From Ophelia neglecta (Eukaryota): a stretch of DNA of 64,000 bases. Below, piece by piece: positions 24,001 to 38,100 of this stretch. Each line of letters starts with the position of its first letter. The first letter of the stretch is position 1. The stretch lies in NCBI GenBank assembly GCA_965285935.1, contig OZ260661.1, forward strand, positions 27,776,001 to 27,840,000, read 5' to 3'. Below the pieces are notes generated by a model that did no database searches, was not told the DNA's origin, and saw nothing but the letters and a program-made list of their open reading frames with translations. A program made the translations under genes and the position numbers.

Positions 24001-24106
24001 ATTCTCAATCTAGTTTTCTGTGGGCAAGCGATACCTTCTTTTGGTTTTTATTTGACTATTTCAGATAGAGGAGCTAGTTGTCATGCCAACATCAGGATGG
24101 GCTTAA
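20954..24106 (+). CDS. DHRS11: DHRS11-like short-chain dehydrogenase/reductase, 7 coding exons, 253 aa: join(20954..21085,21291..21500,22034..22128,22573..22702,23275..23361,23772..23837,24065..24106)
   Basis: All introns are GT-AG and the phases are consistent (0,0,2,0,0,0). Motifs: [18 protein letters not shown] Rossmann, [25 protein letters not shown], catalytic [27 protein letters not shown]. Ortholog versus paralog is not resolved. Confidence 0.92.
21291..21500 (+). CDS. DHRS11: SDR exon 2 (VMSEELK...CDL...VNNAG...WREIFE)
   Basis: Acceptor tttcccag, donor GAA/gtatgg, 210 nt. Confidence 0.93.
21690..22003. repeat. C-rich imperfect repeat in SDR intron 2 (ATCAGAGGGA...CCCCCACCTC units with poly-C runs)
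   Basis: About 6 degenerate copies of (G)ATCAGAGGGA followed by C-tracts, including three runs of 11-12 C. Confidence 0.7.
22034..22128 (+). CDS. DHRS11: SDR exon 3 ([31 protein letters not shown])
   Basis: Acceptor ttcag, donor AG/gttggt; strong DHRS11 signature. Confidence 0.92.
22280..22428. mobile_element. Tc1/pogo (Tigger-like) MITE, 149 bp, in SDR intron 3
   Basis: TIRs CAGTGAAACCTGT ... ACAGGTTTCACTT (1 mismatch), flanked by TA on both sides (22278-79 and 22429-30), with internal GGTCACC/TGACC subrepeats. Confidence 0.75.
22573..22702 (+). CDS. DHRS11: SDR exon 4 (catalytic YSSSK)
   Basis: Acceptor tgtttcag, donor TCG/gtaata. The catalytic Ser-to-Tyr spacing is 15 aa with this acceptor. 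Confidence 0.9.
23275..23361 (+). CDS. DHRS11: SDR exon 5 ([29 protein letters not shown])
   Basis: Acceptor ttttgcag, donor GAG/gtataa. Confidence 0.92.
23772..23837 (+). CDS. DHRS11: SDR exon 6 ([22 protein letters not shown])
   Basis: Acceptor gcccccag, donor GAG/gtacgt. Confidence 0.88.
24065..24106 (+). CDS. DHRS11: SDR exon 7 ([13 protein letters not shown])
   Basis: Acceptor atttcag; typical SDR final strand; TAA at 24104-24106. Confidence 0.85.
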   Translation: MEELVVMPTSGWA

Positions 24107-24268
24107 TGAATAATTCGGCTGTAGTCCAAGAGAATTGAGAGCTAAAAAAGCATAAGAATGCCATTTTGATACAGCTAGAAATTTAAAGAACAAGACGTGC
24201 TTTAAGGAAAGTTACAGTTTAAATGAACTAGTTTTGTTTTATTCATTGACTGTTCAATAGTAAGTACA

Positions 24269-24274
24269 AATAAA
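24269..24274 (+). terminator. Likely poly(A) signal of the SDR gene
   Basis: First AATAAA, about 160 nt after the stop codon. Confidence 0.5.
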
Positions 24275-24286
24275 GTTTAACAAATT

Positions 24287-25990
24287 AATTTTTTATAATG
24301 CGCCAATTTTGTTACAAACTAAAAGGGGCTATCAACAAATGCAATAGCAATAATAAGTAAAGCCTTACACGCACAATAAATAAATAAATAAACTATATAA
24401 TCTAAGTCGAAACTTTTTTTATAAGAATAATAAAATAGACAAATAAAAAGATCCTTAGATCATGATGAAACACATATGTGAACAATTGATTCAGCAGTTC
24501 TGACACTAAAGAGTGAGACTAAACATTTCATGAAAACAACAAAAAATGAAATTTAATGAAACAATTGAGTAGATGAATAAAAAAACATAGTATTATTAAA
24601 TAATATTAGTAGATAAAAAGATAAGGGAAGCAATGTGGCACACACGTTTCTTTTAATATGCTTCTTAGAATGAAAATGTTTAGAGGCTCGATTTAAAACC
24701 TGCGATTAATGGGCGGGCTCGCAGTGCCGGAGGAAGCCTTTTCCACAATGTGAATGCGGCAAAGGTGAATCGCTTTTCACCGTAGTTTTCTGTGGATGCC
24801 ATAGAAATAAGTAAGAATTGTTTGATATTAGACCGAAAATAAAGGAATGGTTGATGCCAATGCAGTAGGACACTCACTTACACCGGGGCCATGCGTTTTA
24901 ACACTTAGTCTAGTATGTCAAGAGACAAATCCTAAAACTAATCCGTAGTTTGACGGCCAGCCAATGAAGTCATTTGGCAACTAGGGTGATGTGTCTGTCT
25001 TATACAAGCCTGGTTATCGGATTCTAAACAACCTGCAGCTTATGTATCAACGTGAGAGTCCCATGTAAATTGTGTTCAGGTCATCCAGTTTCGATATAAT
25101 GAAAGCATGGATTACCGTTTCAAGCCTTTCAGGTGAAATAATTTGCATGATACGTGCAGCATTCTTTTGATGGTTATAGGTTGACCTACATGTGTCCGAG
25201 ACATGATCCTTCAATGACATTTCAGAGTCACAGTTACCTCCAATGTTCTGGGCACTTGAAGAAGATTCCACTGTAGCACAGACCGATGGTAATGGTTGGA
25301 TAATCTGATGCAGTATATTTGCGGTGCTGAATGTGCAGGCATCCCGTTTTGCTGTCACACAGCTTTTGAAAGCTCTCAGCCATCCAGCTCCTTATCTCAT
25401 CGTTTCACCGCTCCATCTCACTGACCACGGAGACCTGGACGATAATGGTGGCTGATTTCACGATATGCCATCTGGGCTGAGGTGGAACATTGTACCTTGC
25501 TTTCGCATGATATCGCCAAGATAGGTGATGTATAGAAGCAGAGTGGTCCGAGCACATTGCCCTAAGGCATACCGCAGTCGGGAAACACATCTTGGGACTT
25601 GTGTGCAAACCGTGTGTCTATACCGTGTAAAGGCCACAGAATGATCAGTTAATACCAGCAGGACGCCTTTGGTTGTCAATGGCATCGAGTATAAAGGTCT
25701 ATACTCGTATATGTACTGTTTCCATGGAATGCTATTTCTTACAGGGGCTGATTGCATGGGGTCTGTGAAATGGCTAATGTGTACATGTTTTTGTACCCTA
25801 GTAGCAGCCACCTTTTCAACAATTTAAGATACAAATTAGAGATTTGACACCGAAATGGCCTTAGACCTGGTTGAAATTTTTGAAACACGTTCGCACAACA
25901 GCGTACTTCAATTGAGGTGCTGAGAGAAATGTTTACAATGACAGGGGCTAGATCCTCCAGGCATTACTCCTGGAGAGGGAACATCAGGGT
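24287..25990 (-). mobile_element. Decayed, 5'-truncated L2-type LINE (RT to 3' end)
   Basis: Frameshifted remnants on the minus strand: CLEDLAPVIVNI, IVEKVA, DPMQSA, LLVLTDHSVAF, LGDIMRKQG.MFH, AQNIG...DSEMSLKDHV...CRS, VIHAFIISKLD, YGEKRFTFAAFTLWKRLP...FKSSL. Followed by a T-rich 3'UTR ending in GGCGCATTATAAA. Boundaries are approximate. Confidence 0.85.
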
Positions 25991-28900
25991 GGTCTGTAAA
26001 ACTGTTAAAATTTTTCACGGAAATAAAATTATTTTCCTTCCAAACTTTTAATATCCCAGTGTTTTGAAATTAAACTTCTCTGACAATAAGGAAGCTCTGA
26101 TGGACACAAAGGCACGACCAAACTGTTTGATTAAAATAGACTTATATGCCGAGAAATTCTGTTGTTATATATGAGCTACAATTATTAGGTACATTCTAGT
26201 CATGAGTTTAGATGCTACTGCCCATCATAAAGATTAAATATAATGGAATTATTTTCAACATATTGGATGCAACAAATGTGTACACACTAACAAATTAAAG
26301 TAGCTTTAGTTTTATTCTAGTGACTTCAAGGAGTGTGGTCAAAAATAAAACTAAAGAATTAATCAGCAAGAAATATAAGTTTGCAGCATAAAAATATCCT
26401 TCACACGCTTGCCTCATGACCATTCACTAACCGATGAATACCGTTAAACGCCCAATTTCTTGTTCTACTGGCGCACTGGCAATGGTACTCTTCCGCATGT
26501 TAGAATCACTGAACTCTAACCGGCAGATAATGGCTAATTATAGGTTAAATGACCCTACCTTTAATGTAGTCACATAAAATTCGGCGAGGAAACTCATTTG
26601 TGGGTTAATAAGCTGCAAGTGATATCAGTTTAAAAACTAAGAAGGTCCGAAGTTATTGGTAGATATGTGACTAGGGATAGACTTGTTGTAAGCCCGAGTC
26701 AGCCTTGCAGATTATTGAGAGATATTTGCGATGCATTGATCATATGCTTTATATTACATCGGGCCATTCAACCACGGATATATTGTGATGAAAGTCAAAT
26801 TATACTTCTTTTTATTTGTGTGCAAATTGTCAGAACTTGATTTTTTGAGAAAAAAATTATATAATTATTTACGTGTAATGCCGGCGGTAGAAAACGAAGG
26901 CATGCGACAAAAGAACGAATCGATATTCCAATAACCGTTAGTAATGATTCCCCAAGCTATCCATGGAGCATCTTATAGTCTTCATCTATCTGTTCCATTT
27001 CTAAAACTTCTTTCAACATTTCCTTCATTTTAATGGATCACACGACCAAGACCTGAGTATTAGCCGTAAGTTCAAAATTGGGTTAAGGCTGTCATTATGA
27101 AAAGAACTATCATTTAATGGCTCAAAAGCTTTGGTGGATGATTAAAAACCAAAAGGAGAACTGATTGGTGCAACACGCAAAATGAAATTTAGGACATAGA
27201 GATAAAGGTAAGGTATAGTTGCTTTCAATGTACTAAACTCGGAAAAAACATTGATGCTTCCTAGTTGATACGTTTAGCACACCCGATGTGGGTACTTCAA
27301 TTTATTTTTATCCCGATAATGAAGTTGCATAATAGTCATTCGTGATATTGTTTGAATTTATACGGTCGCAGTCATTGGAGGTTAAACGGCTCGATACGGC
27401 TAAGGATGCATGTTATCAATCATCGGCTGTCCTTCAGGCATCATCGTCTAGGTATCAAATGCATACTTATTAGAGGAATCGCTAAAACTACACCACTAGC
27501 AGGGCACCACTGCATAGTCCTTGCTACTTGTGTGAATGAAATAAAAAGAATTAAGCATACATCATACTTTTTTTATGAAACAATTCTGTTTGAATTCTTC
27601 TTAGCTAACTGGTCACATTTCATTCTATTCGCTATAGTTACCAAATTTATTAAAATGTCCAATATTGTGATTGCTATTCATTAAGAGTGTTGGTTGTTAT
27701 TATACTGAATGTGTTCAGATTGAGCGTGCTAAAGTACGATTTTATTGGAGTTGTTTTTCGTTTTCGTTGCCATAGTATGTGTATGTTAATAAAAACGTGG
27801 TGAATGACACTATGTCATATATACATAATAAGAAGACACATAAGAACATGGCACGGTTCCAAAGGATTCTTCGGGAACATAAACTTTTTTTATTAATCGT
27901 GGTACGTTGCTTTAAGTAAAAGTTAATCTTGGAAGTTCAATACGCTTGCCTGCCATCTACTGATTTTCAAATGCTTTACATGTTGCAATACCAGCTTGAG
28001 CGGAACAATGCAACTATTTCCAAATAAGGCACTAGTCAGGGAACATGATATCAAAGAACTTGGAACTGGAAAAAATGCCTGATTTGTAATCAGTGCTATA
28101 ACCGCTTCATGCATTCCAATCACTCGTGCATCCCTAAAAGCAGACAGTCTAGTAATAGGTGTCTAGGTCAAGTTGGTGGTACCATCGGCGTATACGTTTG
28201 TCCTTCAGTAAACAGCCTAATGGTCATTTGACCATATCTTCAAACACTAACATACTGTTATACTGTCTCCATAAGAGATAACATGAGCTCTAGTTATGTT
28301 ATTACTGCTAAAGGGAACATCCCGCTGAGGGTGGTTATAAATTCTTAAGCAACCCAGGAGGTGACGAAGACATCTATGTGTTACTTGAGAATATGTGGCC
28401 ATAAAAGTATAAAAAGTAAAGTGAAAAGAAATTCTTGTTCGAATTATGACGCTACTGGCAAATCTTCATATTCCTTCTTCGACCGACCAGTTTTGCAACC
28501 TATAAAATATTTTAATCAACGAAGTATTGCTTTGTTTTGATTGCCAACAAAAACAGGGTCATCGGTGATACCATCAGCACACAGCAGAAAATGGTGCACA
28601 CTCTAGAATCGAACCGTGAAATGAGTTCATTTCCCGCGAGAATCCTCCATGTGAAATGAGATAGCCACTGATGGATCAAGATATAAACATAACATAGAGA
28701 TCACTTTAGGGTGAGCTTGGGCCCAGCTATGTAATCATGCCATCTGTCTCGAGAGGCGATACAGACCTGATAGCGAAATAGGTCAATCCGCCTTCAGTGA
28801 AAATCATTTCCGCCAGTTATTGCCAGCCAGATAGTGACATCCTGTTGATACTATACACATGTATCCTTCAATACTATTCATCACAGTCATTCTATTCGTA

Positions 28901-31900
28901 CGTCAGCTCTTTTATCTAATACCTTTCTAGGTCAATTCTCCAATCTGCCTCAAATAACTTACAGGTTTATTGAAATTTGTAAAATAACCCATACGAGTTT
29001 AGATTTAATGTCTTGCCCAAGGTTGCTTAAAACAAAAAAGTAAGATGATGTCACTATACAAGTTTATGAGTTTGATAAGTTTCCTTATAACGCAAAACAT
29101 GACAATTTTGAATATGAATAGTGTTCTACCTTCAAAGGCATTCGTAGGTGAGTGCAACTTTAAAGACAATGTCAAACGATCGTGACCCACCCCCTAAAAA
29201 GATAAATAAACCAAAAACCAGAAAAAACAACAGTAAAATGTGTGGATATGAAACGCCTTCCACACTTCTTGCAGATTCAGTATAATAGTTATGCTGTATA
29301 TCTCTTTATGTTTATACCGTGCATACCAATCACCCGCTGTCGATTGGCATAAATCATAGCTTTCAATGAAAAAAAACCCAATCTGCGTACATTCCCGTTT
29401 AAAAAGGTATTAACCAACAGTTTAAAACACTCTCCGAATGCCAACTAAATGCTATGGTGAAAGTCAACATCATCATTGGTTGAAAATGATGTTGATAAAA
29501 CTGGCTTTGTTTACTGTTTATGTAATGATCCTTGCTACTGAACTGCGCCTTCCGTTTACAGACTGGCAGCAGACACGTTGCACAAAAGTAGATGTAATTG
29601 CCAGTCTGTCTACTTTCCTAGAGTTAATAGTACATGTTATGTGCTTGGTAATCAATATCAACTGTCTTCTGATTTTCTAAATGCCCTTGCAGATAGTGGG
29701 TTAGACGGGATAAACAAGAATAATGATCGGCATAGGACGCAGTCAACTTAAAGTAACACGTGACAAGTTTATAACTTTACTAGTTTCATTGCTTTGGCAT
29801 CTTAAGAGGCGCCAGCTGCATGTATACTCTGGTAATTCGTCATTATTCATAACTTCTTTGATTGATTCCAAGCAATTAAACTGTTTACGCATGCATACTA
29901 AATCAGACAGAAACGTATTCATTACATAATTATTAAAGCTGGGCAATTAATGGTCGTTGAAGACAAAAGGTCAAATGTATGTTACAGTTAATAAGTCAGA
30001 TACAAAAATAATCCACCAGGAATAGTATAAACACTTTTTCCACTAGCAGCAGCCTGCTTGTTACTATAATCTTCACTGGCAAACAAGTCAAACCTACTAG
30101 CATTTTACTAGCCATTATATTTCTGTGTAATAATAATTTAGTTAGATAATAAGCGTGACTTTTCATTCACTTCAGGATTGATAAACAGACGATATTAGTC
30201 CAATGGTTATATAAACACTAGCTGGAACCCTGTGGCCCCAAACCTTCACAGATGCAGTGGCGTTTTGAGTGATCAATGTATGCAGACACCTGTTGGCCAC
30301 TAGCGTGATATATAGTTCTCGTCATCAATCAAAGTTCTCACTGAGAGTCGGAAGTCAATTTCTGCCCAAGCAGCCAAAGCCCCACATACATCAATAAAGA
30401 GAAGAAGCTATTCAATAACCAAATAAGGATCCGAATAAATGATTCCTTTTGACTATTGAATAAATGTACAATGTCGAAACTAGGTTGATTTCATACTCGA
30501 AGGTTTATCTAGCTGGTAAAACACAACAATAGGATATTATGATGTATATGTAAGCAGGCGATGAGATATGTTACTTATTTCCTGAACTACTCTATTACAT
30601 GAGTGTTCCATCTTCATTAATCCGTTGTTTAGTTGAAGCCTTAAAAACTAACTAAGTATATATCATTTAGGGCAAACAAAACCCTACATAACCCTGAGGA
30701 CCATTAAAGCATAGCGATCGGTCAGTAAACGTAAGCTTATCTGTCAGATGAAGGTTGTGGAAACTGTTCAGCTATAAACGTTAATTCATATTGAAACCTG
30801 CGTGTAAGATAATAAGCGTGACCTGAATTATAGATTTATAAACTTGCGTCCTCAAGTTCTGTGCATTTTATTGCATTAATCTCCTAAAGGCCATTCCCAT
30901 TCCTGGTGCTCAAATAGGAATGATAAAAATTGCAAGGTCATGGTCCAAGGCGATTAACTGGCTCAATGCCAATAGCAACTCTGGTCATTTATGATCGATA
31001 TGTCATCTATATGAGTGAGTCAAGGTCGGACAACCCATTGAATTAAGTAAAAACTATTTAAGGCATATTGCAATTCATCTTACTTGCTCCTAGCTTTTAT
31101 ATCATTAAGTCGGTGGTTAAAGCTGGTGAACCCATCTCGCCAACCGGAAATAGCCAAGTTAGCACTAAAGCTTGAAATCAACAGAAAGTAGAGCATGATC
31201 CCATCGCCAGCAAACCATAGACTTCAGTGCAGTTGTATATCATTGGCTTCGTCGTTTAGTCGATAGAGTGGGCTCGTGTTAGGACTTTTAAAAGACTCGC
31301 TTCATGGATAGAGCGGCCCTTTTTGCTAGGGCCTTTTCAAGACATAGCTAAAAAAAAATCAATTCCCAGCTACCAAAAAGAATTGATGTATTTTCTAAAA
31401 CAAAGTATTGATATCACTTGTAATAAGAAGTAGCTATAGTCAAAATTATTCTTAATAATGCTACAGTGAGTTCCGAACTGAATGACACTGGTGACATCTT
31501 AAAAAGAAGTGAAATCAAGCTAAACCTCTTCGCGAATTTCGAAATTATCTACATTAACATTTTCAGACCTCGAAAAATTCCTGGATTGCAATGAATACGT
31601 CTGCTCTGTTTCTGTCTGAGAATGGAGCGAACGATTACTTCTCATTGCAGGTATCAGCAGTATGTTAATATTCGTTGGTTAACTAATAAATACAAAAATA
31701 CATCATTGGAGGTTCCTGGGAAATTTCGCCGAGGAAATTGGTACTTTTGTCATTTAAACAGCAGGTCCGACAATAAAAAAAGATTATTTTGGGAATAATA
31801 TGGACCCATGCAAGATAAGATGCTACGTTCGTATATGAATACTTTAGCGTTGCTATATTTGGATTTGGATTTTTTTTGCGTTTTAGCGACAGAGTCATGA

Positions 31901-32914
31901 GCGTCTTTAAGTTGGGTATATTTCATGTGGGTGTAAGAATTCTGTTTGTACTTACATGTCGTAATGGTATCAGTAATATACTAATTACTGATTAAAAAAC
32001 TGCATAGGTGTATGGATAAGAGATCTTTTCTCCGATTTAAAAGCATTAGTAAAGGTTCATAAAAAGTGAGAGATTCAATAAATAGGTAAAACGGATTTTT
32101 GAAACGAGTTCATTTCGTAGTAGAAATCTATAGCTTGAAGAATCTGTTGTTGAGAGACCCTTTCAAACAGACGGATTGTCGCTGTCTAATTGACCTACAT
32201 CCATAAACCTCATAAACTCGGGCCAACAATACCTGAAATATCAAAAAGCAACAACTGGCAGATCGTTCATTAAGATTTATGCTTTTTTGAACAGGCCAGC
32301 AGTGAATGTCTATCGATTATAGCCAATGCATGATTAATATGTCCGTTATGGTTCGTCGGCTGTCTATACTCACTTGATTAATGCCCAGCCAGCCAAAAGT
32401 GACATGAAATACCAATCGTGAGGCAGGGGCCCCCATGGGCACATATCTAGGACAAGTGGGCATTCATTCCGCTTCAGGTCTATCTTGATAAGGTTCGAAA
32501 TGAGTCACACGGATCAGTTACCGAGCTCATTGTGCAGAAGGTTGGCCAAACATTGTTAACTGGTAATATAATATGATAAGAGAATTGTAGCCTTATTATA
32601 GCAGGCGGAAAATGTGATTGTCATCTCCATGATATTAGCTTTTATAAATCTTTACAGCTGTATTCTTGCATCTTATTTTTGCCAGCAATACTAATTATAA
32701 GTTGATAAACATACCAGTAGATTGGCAAGAAACTGGTTAATGGCAAGCCAGTTGCAATGAAATACTGAACTCTAGTCGGTTGAAATTAAACATTTTAAAG
32801 TATATTCTTTTAGTTGGTTAAAGCTGAAAAAAAGGAATAAATATTTTTACCATATATAGTTCACATGCAATGCGTAAGCTGGGTAAGTATAGAGGGTTTT
32901 CCAATCGGAAAAAT

Positions 32915-33440
32915 GGGACTGGATACCCCAGAGGCATAGCAAAATCAACAATAAATATAGTCCGTTAAAACCTGTCCGTAATCATCAGCAGTCGCCTGTC
33001 ACATAAACGCCAAGACACACCAAAAATAATCCCCCTCCCCCATTTGCCCCTACCTACAATGCAGTTTACAAGTTCATTTGCGCAAACTTTGACACTGTAT
33101 TTACAAATATAGTTACATACTGACAGATATTCCTTTAAACCCCTTCCACTCCTGCCCCTTTTCCTTCCCATGCCAGCCCATTTCTCCTCTCCCGTCCCTC
33201 CCACTCTCCACTCCTGCTCTCCAAAATTACAAGGAACCAGCAGCCACAGCACTTCACAATTCAATACATCAATCTCCAGCTTTCAAACTGTTAAAAGATT
33301 GTAATTCAAATAATATTTAATGAAAACATAGATACCACTTACAATGAGAAGTAGTCACCAGTGTTTCATGATGCGGGCCAGAACACGAAACAAACGAATC
33401 AGTGATCAGCGTAGGACAGACACGGAATATGCCCTTGGAA
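32915..33440 (+). repeat. Dispersed repeat family A copy interrupted by a C-rich insert of about 245 bp
   Basis: Head at 32915-32988, insert at about 32989-33233, then the family resumes at GAACCAGCAGCCACAGC and runs to about 33440. Confidence 0.65.
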
Positions 33441-34479
33441 AGTTTATGATCATTTGATTATGATATTGTCAAGAAAAAAACGGGTCCCTGCGCCCGTCGT
33501 TACGTACGCTGTAGTCTGGCCCTGCCGTTCAGGGGGGAACAACTTGCAACTGGGGCCTGTGTGGGCAATCCTTTTTTCTCCTGCAGCGCCGACAGCTAAA
33601 TTGCGCTAGCTAAACTTGGTCGACCTTGACATAACCGCCCATGGCCGACAATAAACGACAATTTGAGTCAGCGGGATGATGTGCGGTAAGCAGGCAAAAT
33701 GATTTTTTGTAACCATGTAATAGTCTTTTTACTCTCTATCTACGTATGTTTGGGAAACAGTTGCCTTAGGTAAGCGGAGCGAAATTGTAGCAGGGAAGGA
33801 AGAGTTCAATAAACTCCGAAAGACTTTGAGCATTATAATACAGATTGCATGATAATATGGGTATGTTTAAGAGAGTATAATGCAAAAGGGGCAAAGATAT
33901 GTCACTATGTACATAACCATGAGCCTTGTTTGGGAAAATACGTTATGATGATATTTATCGTAGCAGAAACTTATCTCCTGGAAGCACGTCTTGGCTATTG
34001 TACATATACACACGTTATGCATGGTGCATAGTTTACCATGTTCAACATATAAGATATTTAGTGTCAAAAGACTATACGCACCTTCTCGTATTCCTTAAAC
34101 AGCAGCAGCAATAAATAATAAGTATTCATGCATGTAATAATGTTCTTGCCATTAAGGCCATTTCATGCCATTCACAATTTTACATGGTGGGTACATGAAA
34201 TAGCGATATCATCGCACCTTGATTATGTACCAATATAAGTAGACTATTAGAGGGGTAGGCAGTTGCCTTTACGTGCATATGCTGAAACTTTCTGTAGACG
34301 GGGATCATGGTCAAATCGGCTCTACAAGCAACGAGGCACTTTATTAAAGAGTTCGCCTTACATAACAGTATTTTTGCGGCATATTGACGATCAAAATGGA
34401 ACCGCTCATGTGCACGATTCTACCAGGCATGATATTCAGTATTCATGGGTTCATCTTCCAAAATAATCTGAGTAAATCT

Positions 34480-35140
34480 AAAGACAGTTTGTAGTCAATT
34501 CTAACTAAAACCCTATGAAGCCACATTGAACGGGGCAACAGACAATAGGCTGCCTATCCATCAAGATGGAAAGTCCTTTTCAAGTATGTCCTTGAATTTG
34601 ATGAAGCATTGTAACTCAAAGGAATATCAGACAGTTTAGCATTGCAAAAATTATGGTAAAAATCAATTCACCTTGAAATTGTAAGAGAAATAACCTATTC
34701 ATCAAACAAGATGTACCAAATGATACACAGCTGGCAGTTTAATCAGAATATTTGGTCGCCATTACTCCTCTGGGTATAAAAAAGTAGCACAGGATCAGAG
34801 TGATGAATGTTTTGAGGAACAAGGTACCTATGACTTTATAACACATGAGGGAACTTGGGATATGACAATAGGCTATGCTTTACTCAACGGATTAGAGTAA
34901 TATAGAGGGATTTCCGAGCCTCTTATGGTGAGTGATCTTATCCCAGTCTCTCCATGGGCATGCACAGACGAATTAATACAATAAAAAATGACAACATCCA
35001 ATGGGCTTTAAAACAGTAAAAATACGTATTGGAAAGACTAGGTGGACAGAGACAGATGGACGACGTTCAAATACCTTAATATATGGAGATATTAGAAGAA
35101 ATTTGACCAGGAAAAGGAACTGACCTGGCCCAGCACACAA
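34480..35140 (+). mobile_element. Possible highly decayed RTE-type LINE 3' fragment
   Basis: Scattered remnants FKY, MNVLR, GHAQ and RIGKTRW in the order expected for the RTE C-terminus, with many stops and frameshifts. Confidence 0.35.
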
Positions 35141-38100
35141 TGTACTGGTACGTGGTAATGTATCTAGCCTGATTTAGTACAATGTTCATTTATCACAATG
35201 ACAAGGTGAAACCATACTCGTCACACCCCATGGAACATACATATGTCAGATTTTACATTATTTATCAACATTACGGCGGAACAAGTAAATTCCGAACCAA
35301 CACTTAGGGGGAATTCCGACATAAATTATGGACTAGTTTTGATCACTAATTATCGAAGACTGAAGCCTACGTTAACTACGAAAAAATGAACAGGTGTGCA
35401 CATAATTAAAGTAGAACCTTCATTAGTAACTACTAAACACCAGTAGTCGGGCCAGCGAAGTGAATCTTCATTGTAAACTCAAGCAACAGTCCGCAAGAAC
35501 TTATTATTTACCCGGCTTAATGGCTCGATTGAAATGTCCTGCACCTGACATCTGAGGGGCACATTACTTATTGATTATGGAACAAGACTGGACAGCATAT
35601 AGCAGGTGGGTGTCGACGGCTGAATCCGGTCAGTTCGCACTGCCATCAATAGTTTGCATTGCTAAACCTAAAAGCTGATATATAATGTACCCTCTTTAGT
35701 CAATATACCATATTTTTTTCATTTACACATTATACGAATACAATGCAGCCAACAAACCAATACACGTGCCTTTTTGTTAACGTCCCTCTTAACTGAATAG
35801 TCTTAAAACACGGGAATGGCAAATGTTAGACAGAAATTTCAAGGACTGTCAGTTGATGCTAGGGTGTTCATTATGTACAGACTGGATATATTTCGAGAGA
35901 ATGTAGAATAATCTCATAGTACAAAATGGTGAAAAAAATGTTTAAGGCAACCGAGGTAATACCAATATAAAGGGTTAATAATTACAGACACCTGTTTATC
36001 TGCACAACGCACCGCTTATAGCAATTACTATCTTGGTTTAATACACTACGTCCGTAAAACGTAATGCTACATTACTTAGAAAGCTTTCCTAGTGGTGGTA
36101 TAGGACTAAAATGATTGGCAATGGCAGAGGCATGAATGAAATAAAAAAAGGGAGCGGATGCCCGGCAGTCACTGCCAAAGCATTAATGTAGAATAGTTCA
36201 ACCGTGGAAACATGCGCCCGTTCTGACCGGGTAGCCTACAGCTCTCCCCCGCCACTAGTTGCAGGTCTTTGGCAGAAACCACTCGATGCATCTCTACCCT
36301 GCCAGAACTGATAGGATAGCATCGAATGGCCTCTTAGTTTACTTCATAATGGCATTCGACCAAGGTATGTCAGCGACCTAAAGGAAAATCACATTCTGTC
36401 AGGCTTGGGGGTTGTTCACATGAAGCTGTGTTTGTGCCTCGTGTCTTTTGTTGCAAGAGTGCTTGACAACTCCTTAAGACAGTGTACAGATTAAATACAG
36501 AAATCACTTTAAATCTGCGCAACGCAAATAACAGTAGTGAAGTTACCTCCCAGTTGTTGACGATAAACTGTGTTAACTTTTGTGCAGTCTACAGGATCCG
36601 ATTTCGAGATAAATTGGCGAATCTCTCGACCGTTATGCTCGTCATTGATTCCCCCACTCATTAAAAGGCACAAAACAAAACATACTAAACGATATATACA
36701 AAGGCCACGGTATGAATGCCAACAACATGCTATAGAAGACCCATTAATCAAAGAAACTATGAAGTAGGCCGACTTGAGTTCAACGACACCGAAAACGAAG
36801 CCAACAATCACAATACAAGAAATCATAGTTTCGGTATGATAAAAAAAACCCATTTTTTCCTATATCGTTTGTATTCATTGTACTGTACACTGCAGTAAAA
36901 TAAATTAATGACTCGAACATGGGTCAGTACATGAGTCCTTTCAGTGTTCGATTAGACGGTGTGCTCATTACATGTTGAAATTTTTAACTCAATTTACTAT
37001 TTTTGCGCTATATCAAGTTTTTCAGACCATTACCTTTGAATTATACATGCAAGTAAACACACTTCCATTTCATCCTCGGGGAATAGTGTTGGTGTAAACG
37101 TCTTCCATATTCTATAATATCATAGACACTAAAAAGCCCAAAGTATTTGGTTGCTCTACAAATTTGAGAGATGTCACAAGCTTCGTAACCTCGTAACCCC
37201 ATCAGTTGGGCAATACAATGGCAATGATGCTGTATTATACACTACAAATCAATTCTAGGACAACTGTCACTAAGATCTGGAGTTGATAAAACCCCGGTTG
37301 CTAATGTTAAATGATGTTGATTTAAACAGGACGTCCCCAGCTCACGGAAGAGGGGTTTGCCATGTTGCTATAACAACATGTCCAAAGTATCTTTACTTGA
37401 GAACATGTGAATGGTTTGCTTCACAATTGCTGGCTCATCTCAACATTAAATTCCTTTACGAAAAGGCTGAATCATTATGTGTATATCGGTGTAAAAATAA
37501 AAAGCGTGGACATCCGTAAAAAAAGGTTTCGAGACAAATTATCAAATCTGTTGGAAATCTTAAATAATTCTCATCCTACCGCGACGCAAAGCCCATTTGG
37601 CAAATGTAATCTAAGGTATGCAGGGCTTAAACAATTCTTTTGCTAGAAGACCGACGGAAATAGCCGATCTTGATCATTTGATATATGTTTTTGAAACGTC
37701 ATTATCCCACGTAAATAGCGATTTATTCTAATTTATGATCCCTAAATGTCAGGAAGGCCCTAAGCTTTCCTGTGATTTTTCAATCCTAAGATTACATCTA
37801 AACCGTGCAACCACCTTGTACGTCCAGGATACTTTTACACACCATAAACCCATATATTTTATCGGACATTTCCTTTTGTTCTATTGATCAACATAAAGGG
37901 CTTGCATTATGTGTTGACAAAAATTCAACCAGCGTAAACAAATTTTATCTTCTGGATACTGCAGTTGATAGCCCAAGTAAACCTAAGCCTGTCGCTGTAC
38001 TATAGTATTTTAGATATGCACTTCTTTAGAGGGCAACGTACATTGCTAACCGAAGGCCTCAAGCTTGTCGTCAGTCAAGGAGGCATAGAGTATAGGAAAT

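Noticed and set aside
33587-33685. Exon-like segment with a strong acceptor and donor
   Set aside because: All three frames have stops and there are no linked exons. It cannot be supported without transcript data.
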